A stretch of DNA of 64,000 nucleotides, from contig CAWETU010000001.1 of NCBI GenBank assembly GCA_963812135.1, forward strand, positions 2,208,001-2,272,000, given 5' to 3'. The notes below the pieces were generated by a model. The model worked only from the letters and a program-made list of their open reading frames with translations, was not told the origin of the DNA and did no database searches. Positions 44,506-53,026 of the stretch are shown here, in pieces. The position numbers were made by a program, and so were the translations under genes. The DNA comes from Vulcanimicrobiota bacterium (lineage in GTDB: Bacteria > Vulcanimicrobiota > Vulcanimicrobiia > Eremiobacterales > Eremiobacteraceae). Every line of letters starts with the position of its first letter. Position 1 is the stretch's first letter.

Positions 44506-45124
44506 CCGAACCGTCTTTTTCGGCGCTGGGGTGGACGCCGACGCGATAGCCGGCAGCCAGAACTGCAACGGTTGATCGAGGAGTCAGCACGTCTACCTCC
44601 CGATGCGCTGGGCGCGCGCGGCGTTCCGTGTATCGCGTGTCTGACCAAGCGAACAGCGTCTTTCCGCTGACCAGCCACGCTCGGCCATCTTCTACTATAT
44701 ATGTGCCGTCTGGAAGGTCGGCTAGTTCGGCACGATAGGTGCGTTTGACGCGCGGTCCGGTGAGCCGCTCGCTGTGAAGCTGTCGATCAATGAGATCGGC
44801 GTTCACGGGCTTGCCGTGGCAAAGTTCCCAGAGATCGGCGAACTTTCGATAGTCCGCATGCCGGCATTCGGCGCATGGCCGATGACCGGCGGCGAACGCC
44901 GTCGCCTCGTCGAGGAAGAAGAGTTCGGTGTAGGAGTGCGGCCGCATGACCACGCGGTGTCGGCCACGGAACTCGGTCACGCACGCGATCCAGCGCCGCA
45001 GCGCTGAATAGCGGACGAGCCGCCGTGCATCATCGTGCAGGATTCCCCGGTTCCCCATCACGAGGCCGCGCCCCGCGAGGGCGACGATGTCGCCGAACGG
45101 GGTGACGCGGTTTTGGAGCGGCAT
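44453..45124 (-). CDS. Conserved hypothetical protein with CxxC
   Basis: MPLQNRVTPFG, MGNRG, YTELFFLDEATAFAAGHRPCAECR. Confidence 0.75.
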   Translation of the reverse strand: MPLQNRVTPFGDIVALAGRGLVMGNRGILHDDARRLVRYSALRRWIACVTEFRGRHRVVMRPHSYTELFFLDEATAFAAGHRPCAECRHADYRKFADLWELCHGKPVNADLIDRQLHSERLTGPRVKRTYRAELADLPDGTYIVEDGRAWLVSGKTLFAWSDTRYTERRARPAHREVDVLTPRSTVAVLAAGYRVGVHPSAEKDGSVSAKHRAGDRRGTRPPV

Positions 45125-45242
45125 ACCAGATCGCTTCGAGGCGGCCGTTTGTCGCCACTTCTTGGCGCTGCCCGGGTGCGGGCGCCGCACGTGTCGAACT
45201 GCCGCGGCCTCCGCGAAGCGGTTCCGGTAGAGGAGGGCGATC

Positions 45243-46522
45243 TTGAAGAACCGGCCGGCGCTTACGTTCGTGCTTCCAGCTCATCGCGTGCGTCGCATTC
45301 GTGCTGACGGCCTGGACCGTTGCGAGCGCGGATCCACCGGCCTCGCTGACGATCCACATCCGCATGGAAGCCGTGATCCTTTCGGATAACGACGGCAGCA
45401 ACCCGAGCGGCGTGCTCAGCGGCGCGCAGCTCGAGCAATGGATCGACAACGCGAATCAATCGTTTAGCGTTTCAAATGCGAACATCGTCATCGACTTCGA
45501 TTCGAAGAAGGACCTCGCGCACGTGCGCAACAGCACGATCAACCATTTGAACCACAACCATGATTCCATCGCTGCTGCGCAGGCCGCCAACTACCCGAAC
45601 AAGATGGTCGTCTTCTTCCGCGCGTATGGGGCAGCCGGTTCGGGCGTCGGCGTGACCGGCAATGGGTATACCGCGTACAATGAGTACGCCCCTGAAGGCA
45701 GCAGCGGGTGCACGGGTCATACGCACTCGGCCTGCAGCGCGAGCTTTACCGTCATGCCGTCCGTGTATTGCGGAACGACGGTCAGGACCGACCGCATCAA
45801 GCCAAAGCAGCCCGACGGACCGCTGGGACCCGACAAGTCCGGGTGCGGCATCACGAATTACGGCGGCTGGTATGTCTACCAGAATTACGGCCAACTCACG
45901 CACGAAGTCGGCCACTACTTCGGTTTGCCGCACACGTTCCCGGGCACCAGCGACTTTCTGTCGACGCCCGCGCTGCTGCAATCGTGGTACGACGGCAACC
46001 CTCGCACCGGAACCGATGCGCTCGATCAGGATCTACGATGGCGATTCAGCCGATGGGCCGCTGATAAGCGACGGCACCAGTCTCACCAGCGGCTGGACCT
46101 TCACGGTGCCGGACACACCGCCGGATGCAAGCGCGTCATTGTTCGTGAATAACAACGTCAGCATGTGCGACACGCCCGATACGACGATCAAGGACAGCAG
46201 CGGCGCGAGCGTCGTGTTCCGCGGCGGCCGATACACGCTCCACGCCAAGTACGCCGGCAAGCCGGTCACGTTGACGTTTCATCCGGACAAGGGCGACGTG
46301 ATGAGCTACTTCTTGTGCAAGCGGCCGATGACGTTCAGCGACGGACAGGTGGCGACGATGCGCCACGTGCTGACGACCGACCCGCAGCGCAACTACCTCA
46401 TCTGCACCAATAGCGATGATAAGCCGCTGCGCCGGTACATGACGTGTCCGACGACGATCCCGCACATCGTCCATCGGAAACCGGTGCAACAGATGCCCGG
46501 CGGTCAGTACACCGCGTACTGA
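45243..46522 (+). CDS. Secreted metzincin metalloprotease (M43-like; frameshifts ~45280, ~46015)
   Basis: HEVGHYFGLPHTF, DTPPD, Met-turn DVMSY, FSDGQVATMR. Confidence 0.8.
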
Positions 46523-46602
46523 CCCCTTTATTTATGCTCAATTGCACCAGGAAGACGCGCGTGCGGAGGGAACGTTCGGGCGGCGCGCGCAAGGTCCCGT
46601 TC

Positions 46603-47031
46603 ATGGAACCTCTTGACCTCACTCAACATCCGCCACGCCGCGCCGGCGAGCGTCTCGACGGCCTTGTCATGCTGCCGCGCACGATCGACAAGCTGCGCGC
46701 CTCGCTACCCGGCGGCAAGATCGGTTCGTACAAGATCCCGGGCTTCAGCACGAAGTTACTCGAGCTGCTTGGCGTCTCAGAGGCGGACATGCTCGAAGCG
46801 GTGCGCACGGCATCGACCGACGACGATGTCGCCGCCTGGGTGCGCGCGCACAGCGATCCTTCGAAGTATCCGAAGATCAGCGAGCATTTCGAACGTCGCA
46901 CGGTCGCGGATCTGGCGGATCCTGAAGATTATCACCGCCGCTATCCGATCGCGAAGCGGCTCGGCCTGACCAGATTGATGGACGTGTTGGACGCAGACGA
47001 CGCAGAGAGTTTCGCGACGAAGAGTTCTTAG
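46603..47031 (+). CDS. DUF5069-like protein
   Basis: LDLTQHPPR..LPRTIDKLRA..LDADD. Confidence 0.75.
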   Translation: MEPLDLTQHPPRRAGERLDGLVMLPRTIDKLRASLPGGKIGSYKIPGFSTKLLELLGVSEADMLEAVRTASTDDDVAAWVRAHSDPSKYPKISEHFERRTVADLADPEDYHRRYPIAKRLGLTRLMDVLDADDAESFATKSS

Positions 47032-47300
47032 CCGGGGAGCTGGGCCAGCTTCGCGTCGATGCCGGCGCGAGTTAGGCCGCTGACCGCGAAGAGTTTTTCT
47101 TTCGATCGTGCACCGCGAACCAACGCGACCCGCGAGGGGGCGATGTCGAGGGCTTTCGCGAGCGCGTTGCGCACCGCTTCGTTCGCCTTGCCCTCAATCG
47201 CTCGCTCGCGGACGCGGATGACGAGATGAGAGCCATCCCAACTCAGTCCGGGTGACTTCGAACCAGGCTTTGCGACGACGGTGACCGTCATGTCGCTCAT
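47028..47300 (-). CDS. DUF167/YggU family protein
   Basis: VVAKPGS..IEGKANEA..LVRGARSKEK. Confidence 0.85.
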   Translation of the reverse strand: MSDMTVTVVAKPGSKSPGLSWDGSHLVIRVRERAIEGKANEAVRNALAKALDIAPSRVALVRGARSKEKLFAVSGLTRAGIDAKLAQLPG

Positions 47301-47361
47301 AGGAACTTCACGCCGTACAACGTACACCGCGTGAGAGCATGCGCACCTGTCTGGACCTCAC

Positions 47362-48782
47362 TTGATCAGATGGTTGTGGCTGGCGTCGGCGCTGTATGCG
47401 CTGGCCGCCGGCACGCTGGTGACGATCCATTGGATGCGCTGGCAGACCGGCGTGGACACGGGCGTCTACACGCAGGTCGTGCTCAACACGTTCAACGGGT
47501 TCCGCTCGACCTTCGAAAACGGGCCGCACTTCGCGGTGCACTTCTCCCCGCTGCTCGGCATCTTCTTCCCCTTGGTGGCTGTCACGCATTCTGGTCTGGC
47601 GCTGGAACTCGCGCAGGTCGCGCTCATCGCGTGCGTGCCGCTTGCGCTCTATGGCTTCGTTCTGCCTCACGTCGGCGAGGCGCTGGCGCTGCGCGTCGGC
47701 TTCATCGCGCTGCTGTATCCGCCGCTTGCCGCGATCGGCATCGGCGAATTTCATATCTTGGCATGTTTGCCGCTGCTCGTCATCGGCGCCCTGTGGGCGT
47801 TGGACCGAGGGCACGGCGCCTGGTTTGGGTTGTTCGCGGGCATGTTGTTGTTGGTGCGCGAGGACGTGCTCCTCGAATTGCTGGTCATCGGAGTGGTCGG
47901 TGGCATCGTCGCGTTACGCGCCTCGCATGGCGTGGGTTCGCTGTTCGCGTCGCCTGCGTCGCGCGGTTTGGTGGGCGCCGCGAGTATCGGGCTCGGCGTC
48001 GCGTCGGGCGCAATGGCCGGATTGTATTTCGGCGTCATCCAGCCGGCGTTCGGCCACTACGGTTGGTACCCGCTGCTCTACTATCGTTTCGGCATCACGC
48101 GCGGCTCGGTGGGCGCGCTCTCGCAGCCGCCGGTCGGCCCGCCACCGAACCCGAGCGCGTCATTGCCGCGACAGCTTTTCGAACGCTTCACGTACTTGCT
48201 CGAGGCGTTCGTGCCGCTGGCGCTGTTGCCGTTTCGCACATGGTGGTGGTTGCTTGCGGTGCCCGGCTTGACGATCGTCCTTGCGGCGACGAGCGCGTCG
48301 ATCTGGACCATGGGCTCGCAGTATGCGCTCTTGTGGGCGCCGTGGCTGCTCGTCGCGACTGCGGTCGCCGTGATCCACGTTCGCGCCACGCTGGGGGAGG
48401 CCGTGGCGCGCCGTTGGACGGGAGCTGCGATCGGCTTATGCCTTGTCTTTCTCGTCGCGATCAACCCGATGCATCTGCAATACTATTTCCGGCCGCCCTA
48501 TCACGATTTGGCTTCCGCACAGCGCGCGCTGGCGTGTGTGCCGAGAAGGGGCATCGTGTGGCGACGCACGACGAATGGTTCACCCACATCGCGGGCACCA
48601 ATCCGCTTGCCAACGGCAATGTCGTCACCGGCGTTGACTACCTCGTGTATGCCGACGACTATCCGGATGCGGCGTTCGAGCGCGAGGTCAAACCCAAGTT
48701 ACAAGCGGAGATCGCGGCCGGCCGCGTGCGCGTGTTGTGCTCGTTCGGGAGCGTGAAAGCGTATCAGAAAACGGTCGAATAA
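47362..48782 (+). CDS. DUF2079 family membrane protein (frameshift ~48555)
   Basis: GVDTGVYTQ, HFAVHFSP, EFH, VRED; multiple TM. Confidence 0.8.
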
Positions 48783-48795
48783 ATTCGACCGATAC
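48772..48795 (-). repeat. GTAG-type REP copy 4
   Basis: CGGTCGAATAAATTCGACCGATAC. Confidence 0.8.
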
Positions 48796-48812
48796 GGGCG
48801 TCGAGAAAATGC

Positions 48813-48843
48813 GAGAGCCGGCTGCGTGATGCAGCCGGCTCTC
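48813..48843. terminator. Hairpin terminator between convergent genes
   Basis: GAGAGCCGGCTGC-GTGAT-GCAGCCGGCTCTC, 13-bp stem. Confidence 0.7.
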
Positions 48844-48869
48844 AAGTATTTTATGTATGGATTACGTGG

Positions 48870-49019
48870 TTAGGGAAGCGCGTTGATCTCCGGTCGCTCG
48901 AAGACAAGCTTGGTCATCGAGACGATCGCGATGTAGTACGCGTGCATTTCGGCCCGCGTGAGCCGCTGCGTCGCGGCCGTTTGGCGTAGGTTCCCTTGGG
49001 TCAGGATCTGCTTTTTCAT
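48870..49019 (-). CDS. 49-aa small ORF MKKQILTQGNLRQTAATQRLTRAEMHAYYIAIVSMTKLVFERPEINALP
   Basis: GGAGGT RBS, upstream TTGCTC-N17-TAGAGT, downstream hairpin. Confidence 0.6.
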   Translation of the reverse strand: MKKQILTQGNLRQTAATQRLTRAEMHAYYIAIVSMTKLVFERPEINALP

Positions 49020-49117
49020 TGCCGCCACCTCCGTGGCCGTCATACTCTATATCGGTAAAACTAAGCGAGCAAGCACAACGTTACGGCTGCGCTGATGAAA
49101 GCCGCATTAGAGTCAGG

Positions 49118-49173
49118 AAAAAGAAAGAACCAGCGCTTTTACGCTGGTTCTGGTGCGGGTGCAGACCTGTCAC
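49118..49173 (-). ncRNA. Putative antisense sRNA, module 1
   Basis: TATAAT at 49184-49179; 24 nt complementary to 49293-49316; terminator AGAACCAGCG-TAAAAG-CGCTGGTTCT-TTCTTTTT. Confidence 0.65.
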
Positions 49174-49258
49174 TTATGATTATACCGTCTCCTTCGTAGA
49201 GGATCGCAAGGGGCCGGCGTCAGACCTGTGCCGCCGCCCCCTTCCGCATAGCGGAGGC

Positions 49259-49326
49259 TGGAGGCGTCGGGAATCGAACCCGAATGCACGACGTGACAGG
49301 TCCGCACCCGCACCAGCGGCGCCCCC
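49259..49326 (-). ncRNA. tRNA-like RNA, module 1 (GUC loop, G3:U70, A73)
   Basis: GGGGGCG/CGCCTCC-A acceptor, CCGC-TGGT-GCGG mini D arm, loop CTGTCAC, TCGGG-TTCGATT-CCCGA T arm; 68 nt. Confidence 0.75.
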
Positions 49327-49443
49327 AACCGCGTTAGATATCACGACGGCACCCGCAACGTCAAGAAGCGTGGCGGATCTGGCGACTCGCGTTTTCATTT
49401 TGCTTTCACGCGAAGGCTGGCTTGGGTTGCTATCCTTGGTGCT

Positions 49444-50775
49444 GTGAAGCTCCTGAGAAATTCTGCCCTCGCGTTGCTGGCTTTCGTGGTCCTTGCAGGT
49501 TGCGCCGGCGGTGGCGGCGCCGGCCTTCCACCGCCCGGCCCGACCCCGACGCCTCCGGCTGCGTCAAAAATCAAATACGTCATCATCATTTTCCAAGAGA
49601 ACCGCACGCCGGACAACCTGTTCCACGGTCTGCCGGGTGCCGACATCGCGAACAGCGGCACGAATTCGATGGGCCAAGTCGTGCCGCTCATCCCTGTGGA
49701 CATCACCGCACCGTACGATCTGGACCATAGCCATAAGGGTTTTACGACCGAATACAACGGCGGCGCGATGAACGGCTGGGATCTGGTCGGCGTGAATTGT
49801 CCAAGCCACGCTTGCAATCCGCAAACCGCGTTTGGTTACGTGCCGCAGGCCGAAGTGCAACCGTACTTCACGATGGCTGAGCGCTTCACGTTCGCCGACC
49901 GGATGTTCCAGACCAATCAGGGCCCGAGCTTCCCCGCGCACCAGTTCATCATCTCGGGTACGTCGACCGATTCGGTGGGCAGCACGCTGCTGGCCGCCGA
50001 GAACCCGAACTACTTCGCCAATAACAAGCTCGATTGCGACGGCTCGACCCAGTCGCTGGTGAAGATGATCGATCCGTCGGGCAGCGAGGCGACGTCATTG
50101 CGGCCCTGCTTCGATCACCCGACGCTGTTCGACTCGCTCGATGCCAAGGGTATCACCTGGCGTTACTACGATTCGTTCAACGGCGGCCTGTGGTCCGCGC
50201 CAGACGCGATCGCGCACATCCGCAACGGCACCGACTGGAACAACGTCAGCCTGCCGAGCTCCAATATCCTGACCGACATCTCGAGCGGGCAGCTGCGCCA
50301 GGTCTCGTGGGTCATCCCGTCAGCCGCCGCTTCCGACCACGCGCTCTCAACCGATGGCAGCGGACCGGCGTGGGTGGCGTCGGTCGTCAACGCGGTCGGC
50401 CAAAGCCAGTACTGGTCTAACACCGCGATCTTCATCACGTGGGATGACTGGGGAGGTTGGTTCGACCACGTCCAGCCGCAGATGTTCAATTCATACGAGT
50501 TGAGTTTCCGGGTCCCGTTGATCGTGGTGTCGCCCTACGCGAAGCCTGCGTACGTGTCGCACGTGCAGCACGAGTACGGCAGCATCCTGAAATACGTCGA
50601 AGAGACGTATGGCCTGCCGTCGCTCGGCTACACGGATGCGCGCGCGGACGATCTTTCGGATTGCTTCAACTACAGCCAAACGCCGATCGTCTTCCAAATG
50701 ATCCCGGCGGACCGCAAGGCGGCGGACTTCATCCGCGCGCCGATGGTCAACGTGCCGCCCGACGACGATTTTTAG
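49444..50775 (+). CDS. Phospholipase C/phosphoesterase family lipoprotein
   Basis: LAGC lipobox, IIIFQENRTPDNLF, GPSFPAH, ITWDDWGGWFDHV, FRVPLIVVSPY. Confidence 0.9.
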   Translation: MKLLRNSALALLAFVVLAGCAGGGGAGLPPPGPTPTPPAASKIKYVIIIFQENRTPDNLFHGLPGADIANSGTNSMGQVVPLIPVDITAPYDLDHSHKGFTTEYNGGAMNGWDLVGVNCPSHACNPQTAFGYVPQAEVQPYFTMAERFTFADRMFQTNQGPSFPAHQFIISGTSTDSVGSTLLAAENPNYFANNKLDCDGSTQSLVKMIDPSGSEATSLRPCFDHPTLFDSLDAKGITWRYYDSFNGGLWSAPDAIAHIRNGTDWNNVSLPSSNILTDISSGQLRQVSWVIPSAAASDHALSTDGSGPAWVASVVNAVGQSQYWSNTAIFITWDDWGGWFDHVQPQMFNSYELSFRVPLIVVSPYAKPAYVSHVQHEYGSILKYVEETYGLPSLGYTDARADDLSDCFNYSQTPIVFQMIPADRKAADFIRAPMVNVPPDDDF

Positions 50776-50798
50776 GGTCGAATGAATTCGACCGCTAC
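50775..50798 (-). repeat. GTAG-type REP copy 5
   Basis: GGGTCGAATGAATTCGACCGCTAC. Confidence 0.85.
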
Positions 50799-50799
50799 A

Positions 50800-51273
50800 T
50801 CAGGCCTTGTCGTAGGCCTCTTGCAGGCCCTTGATGTCGATCTTGTTCATTTCGAGCATGGCTTTCATAACCGCGCTCGATTTTTTTTCGTCGTCGTCTC
50901 CCATAAGTTCGCCCAACGCCGACGGGATGATCTGCCACGACAGGCCGAATTTGTCGGTCAGCCAGCCGCACTGACTCTTCTTGCCGCCCTCGGACAGCCG
51001 CTCCCACAAGTCATCCACCTCTGTCTGTGTCTTGCAGTCGACGAAGAACGAGAAGGCCGGCGTCAACTGGAAGTGCGGCCCGCCGTTGAGCGCCATGATT
51101 TCTTGACCCTCGAGCTCGAAGGTCACGAACATCACAGATCCTTCCGAGCCAGGCCCTTCGTTACCGTGGCGCGAGACGTTCAGGATCTTCGAGTTCTTGA
51201 AGATCGACGTGTAGAATTTCGCCGCTTCTTCTGCTTTGTCGTCGAACCATAAGAACGGTCTGATCTTTTTCAC
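50800..51273 (-). CDS. VOC/PhnB-like (3-demethylubiquinone-9 3-methyltransferase family) protein
   Basis: KIRPFLWFDDKAEEAA..ALNGGP..CGWLTDKFGLSWQI; own RBS (AAGGA) and GTG. Confidence 0.88.
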   Translation of the reverse strand: MKKIRPFLWFDDKAEEAAKFYTSIFKNSKILNVSRHGNEGPGSEGSVMFVTFELEGQEIMALNGGPHFQLTPAFSFFVDCKTQTEVDDLWERLSEGGKKSQCGWLTDKFGLSWQIIPSALGELMGDDDEKKSSAVMKAMLEMNKIDIKGLQEAYDKA

Positions 51274-51301
51274 GGATGTGTCCTTTGCTTTTACGCTGGT
51301 G

Positions 51302-51771
51302 TTAGAGTGTTGGCAGCAGTTCCGCGAGACGTCGAGCTGCTGGTTCCAGCCCTCGCTCATCCCTTCGAGCATGTAGGCCGCTTCCGGCGCAGCCTTGACC
51401 GGGGTTGCCTGCATCGAAATCTTGGTCTTACCGTTTTGATCGGTGAACGTGACGGTGCTGAGCACTTCGAGCACGACGTTGCCCTTGTCGTCCTCGACGA
51501 AGTGGGTCATGACGAGCCGTTCAGGCTCGACGACTTCGTGATACACGCCGTGCATCGGATAGATCGTGCCTTCGGGACCCCGCATGTGGATGCGAAGCTT
51601 GCCGCCCTTGCGCGCATCCGACTCGACGAGCGGCGCCGTGAAATGCTTGGGACCCCACCAGCGCGTCATCATCTTCGGATCGGTCCATGCTTTGAACACG
51701 AGACTGCGCGGCGCGTCGAACACGCGCGTGATCGTCAAGGTTGCCGCGGCCGGGCTATTTTTTGCGTCCAC
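51302..51771 (-). CDS. SRPBCC/Aha1-like protein (1-nt deletion near 3' end)
   Basis: ITRVFDAPRSLVFKAWTDP..WWGP..GWNQQLD(R)LAELL*. Confidence 0.85.
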
Positions 51772-52105
51772 GTTTCTTCTCTTTCCCCTGGAGCTCGATG
51801 AGGTAATCGTCGAGTCTCTCGAAGCTTTGGTCCCAAAAACGCCGATAGCGCTCCATCCACTGCGCCACTTCTTTCAGCGGCGCGGCATCGAGCTTGCGAG
51901 GGCGCCGCTGCGCATCGCGGCTACGGGTGACGAGGCCGGCGCGCTCCAGCACCTTGAGGTGCTTGGAAATGGCCGGCAGCGTCATGTCGAATGGTCGCGC
52001 CAACTCGGTCACCGATCGTTGACCCGAGGCGAGCCGCGCGAGGATGGCGCGCCGGGTGGGGTCGGCGAGCGCCGCAAGGGTGTTGCTGAGGCGGTCGGCT
52101 GTCAT
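51755..52105 (-). CDS. ArsR/SmtB family regulator
   Basis: ALADPTRRAIL..AISKHLKVLERAGLV..FWDQSFERLDDYL. Confidence 0.92.
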   Translation of the reverse strand: MTADRLSNTLAALADPTRRAILARLASGQRSVTELARPFDMTLPAISKHLKVLERAGLVTRSRDAQRRPRKLDAAPLKEVAQWMERYRRFWDQSFERLDDYLIELQGKEKKRGRKK

Positions 52106-52121
52106 TTCCTCTGTCTTTATG

Positions 52122-52177
52122 AACCTGTTGGTTATGTAACCTTTTGGTATATTACACCTGGACGATCGGGCTGTCAA
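52122..52177 (-). promoter_or_regulatory. Sigma70 promoter with two ArsR-type operator boxes
   Basis: TTGACA(52177-72)-N17-TAATAT(52154-49); AACCTGTTGGTT 52122-33 and AACCTTTTGGTA 52138-49. Confidence 0.75.
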
Positions 52178-52237
52178 GCGCGGAAGCCCCAAAATTGTGA
52201 CGGCTGTCCAGCCGGCTATTTGGGTATTATCCGTACG

Positions 52238-52732
52238 ATGAAATCCACGCGTCTTTTCTTGCCCGTCGTGCTGCTGCTGCTCATCGCGTCGCCTGCCGTC
52301 GCCGACCTCGGTATGGATCTGCGCTGCAAGACTGCGGGGACTTCGATGCAGGCGTTGACCAAGCAGTGCGGGGTCGCGGGCGGGACGATCGCGGGCGCTG
52401 ATGCCCGGCTGTGCGTCGAGGCGCATGCGTCTGAGCTTGCACAAACAGCGTCGGTGTGCGTCTACGCGGCGCAAAATCACTATGCCGCGGCCCACGATCT
52501 TTCGGGCTACGATGCGGATCGCGAGCTCATCGGCGGCGCGACGTTCTTGGGCATCGCCGCAGAGGCCAACGTCTACCTCGAGCGGCGCGACCTCGCAACC
52601 GCGCAGCTTAAGTCTGTCATCACAATGGCGACGCAAGTGGCGTCCGATCCCCTTGCCGCCAACCTCACAGGCATGGCGTATAGCGAGCAGGCGGTCGCAA
52701 ATAGCTTGTTGCATTCGCTTGCCGCGAGATAA
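52238..52732 (+). CDS. Secreted helical hypothetical protein
   Basis: Signal peptide ending AVA; 4 Cys. Confidence 0.6.
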   Translation: MKSTRLFLPVVLLLLIASPAVADLGMDLRCKTAGTSMQALTKQCGVAGGTIAGADARLCVEAHASELAQTASVCVYAAQNHYAAAHDLSGYDADRELIGGATFLGIAAEANVYLERRDLATAQLKSVITMATQVASDPLAANLTGMAYSEQAVANSLLHSLAAR

Positions 52733-52762
52733 ATGTGATCAGGGCTGAAGTCTCGCGCATTT

Positions 52763-52819
52763 GAAAACAGGTCGACCGCGCCTTTCAGCGCGGTCGATTG
52801 CTAACACTGGACCGTCACC
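52763..52819 (-). ncRNA. Putative antisense sRNA, module 2
   Basis: TTGCAG-N17-TATAAT (52852-52824); 19 nt complementary to 52943-52961; hairpin TCGACCGCGC-TGAAAG-GCGCGGTCGA then CCTGTTTT. Confidence 0.65.
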
Positions 52820-52906
52820 TTAAATTATACCGATTCCTGAAGCGAGCTGCAAGTGGGCAGCGTCTGGTCCGTGGTCGCTGCCCGCTCTCCGCTTTGTATC
52901 GGAGGC

Positions 52907-52974
52907 TGGAGGCAGCGGGACTCGAACCCGCGACACGCGGCTTGACGGTCCAGTGCCGGCACCTGCCCACCCCC
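52907..52974 (-). ncRNA. tRNA-like RNA, module 2 (GUC loop, G3:U70, A73)
   Basis: GGGGGTG/TGCCTCC-A acceptor, GGC-AGGT-GCC mini D arm, loop CCGTCAA, GCGGG-TTCGAGT-CCCGC T arm; 68 nt. Confidence 0.75.
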
Positions 52975-53026
52975 AACCAACCGCCCCTATCACTGAAAGC
53001 GCTCTGGCCGTAAAGGTCTTGGGGCG

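Noticed and set aside
49259..49326. tmRNA (ssrA) or two-piece tmRNA, suggested by GGGGGCG...GGTTCGATTCCCGACGCCTCCA
   Set aside because: Only 36 nt lie between the acceptor 5' strand and the T arm, there is no tag ORF or CCA, the order is not permuted, and two divergent copies exist
50800..51771. SRPBCC-VOC fusion protein (323 aa)
   Set aside because: One missing base near 51330 restores the usual SRPBCC end (LDRLAELL*), and the VOC gene has its own RBS and GTG
52106..52714. Long N-terminal extension on ArsR (319-aa ORF)
   Set aside because: Antisense shadow of the 52238..52732 gene; promoter and operators place the start at 52105
52907..52974. Ordinary tRNA-Asp gene, decayed pseudogene or att-site remnant
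   Set aside because: Non-canonical core and A73/G3:U70; both copies keep the same 68-nt length and compensatory pairing, which random decay would not; no integrase nearby
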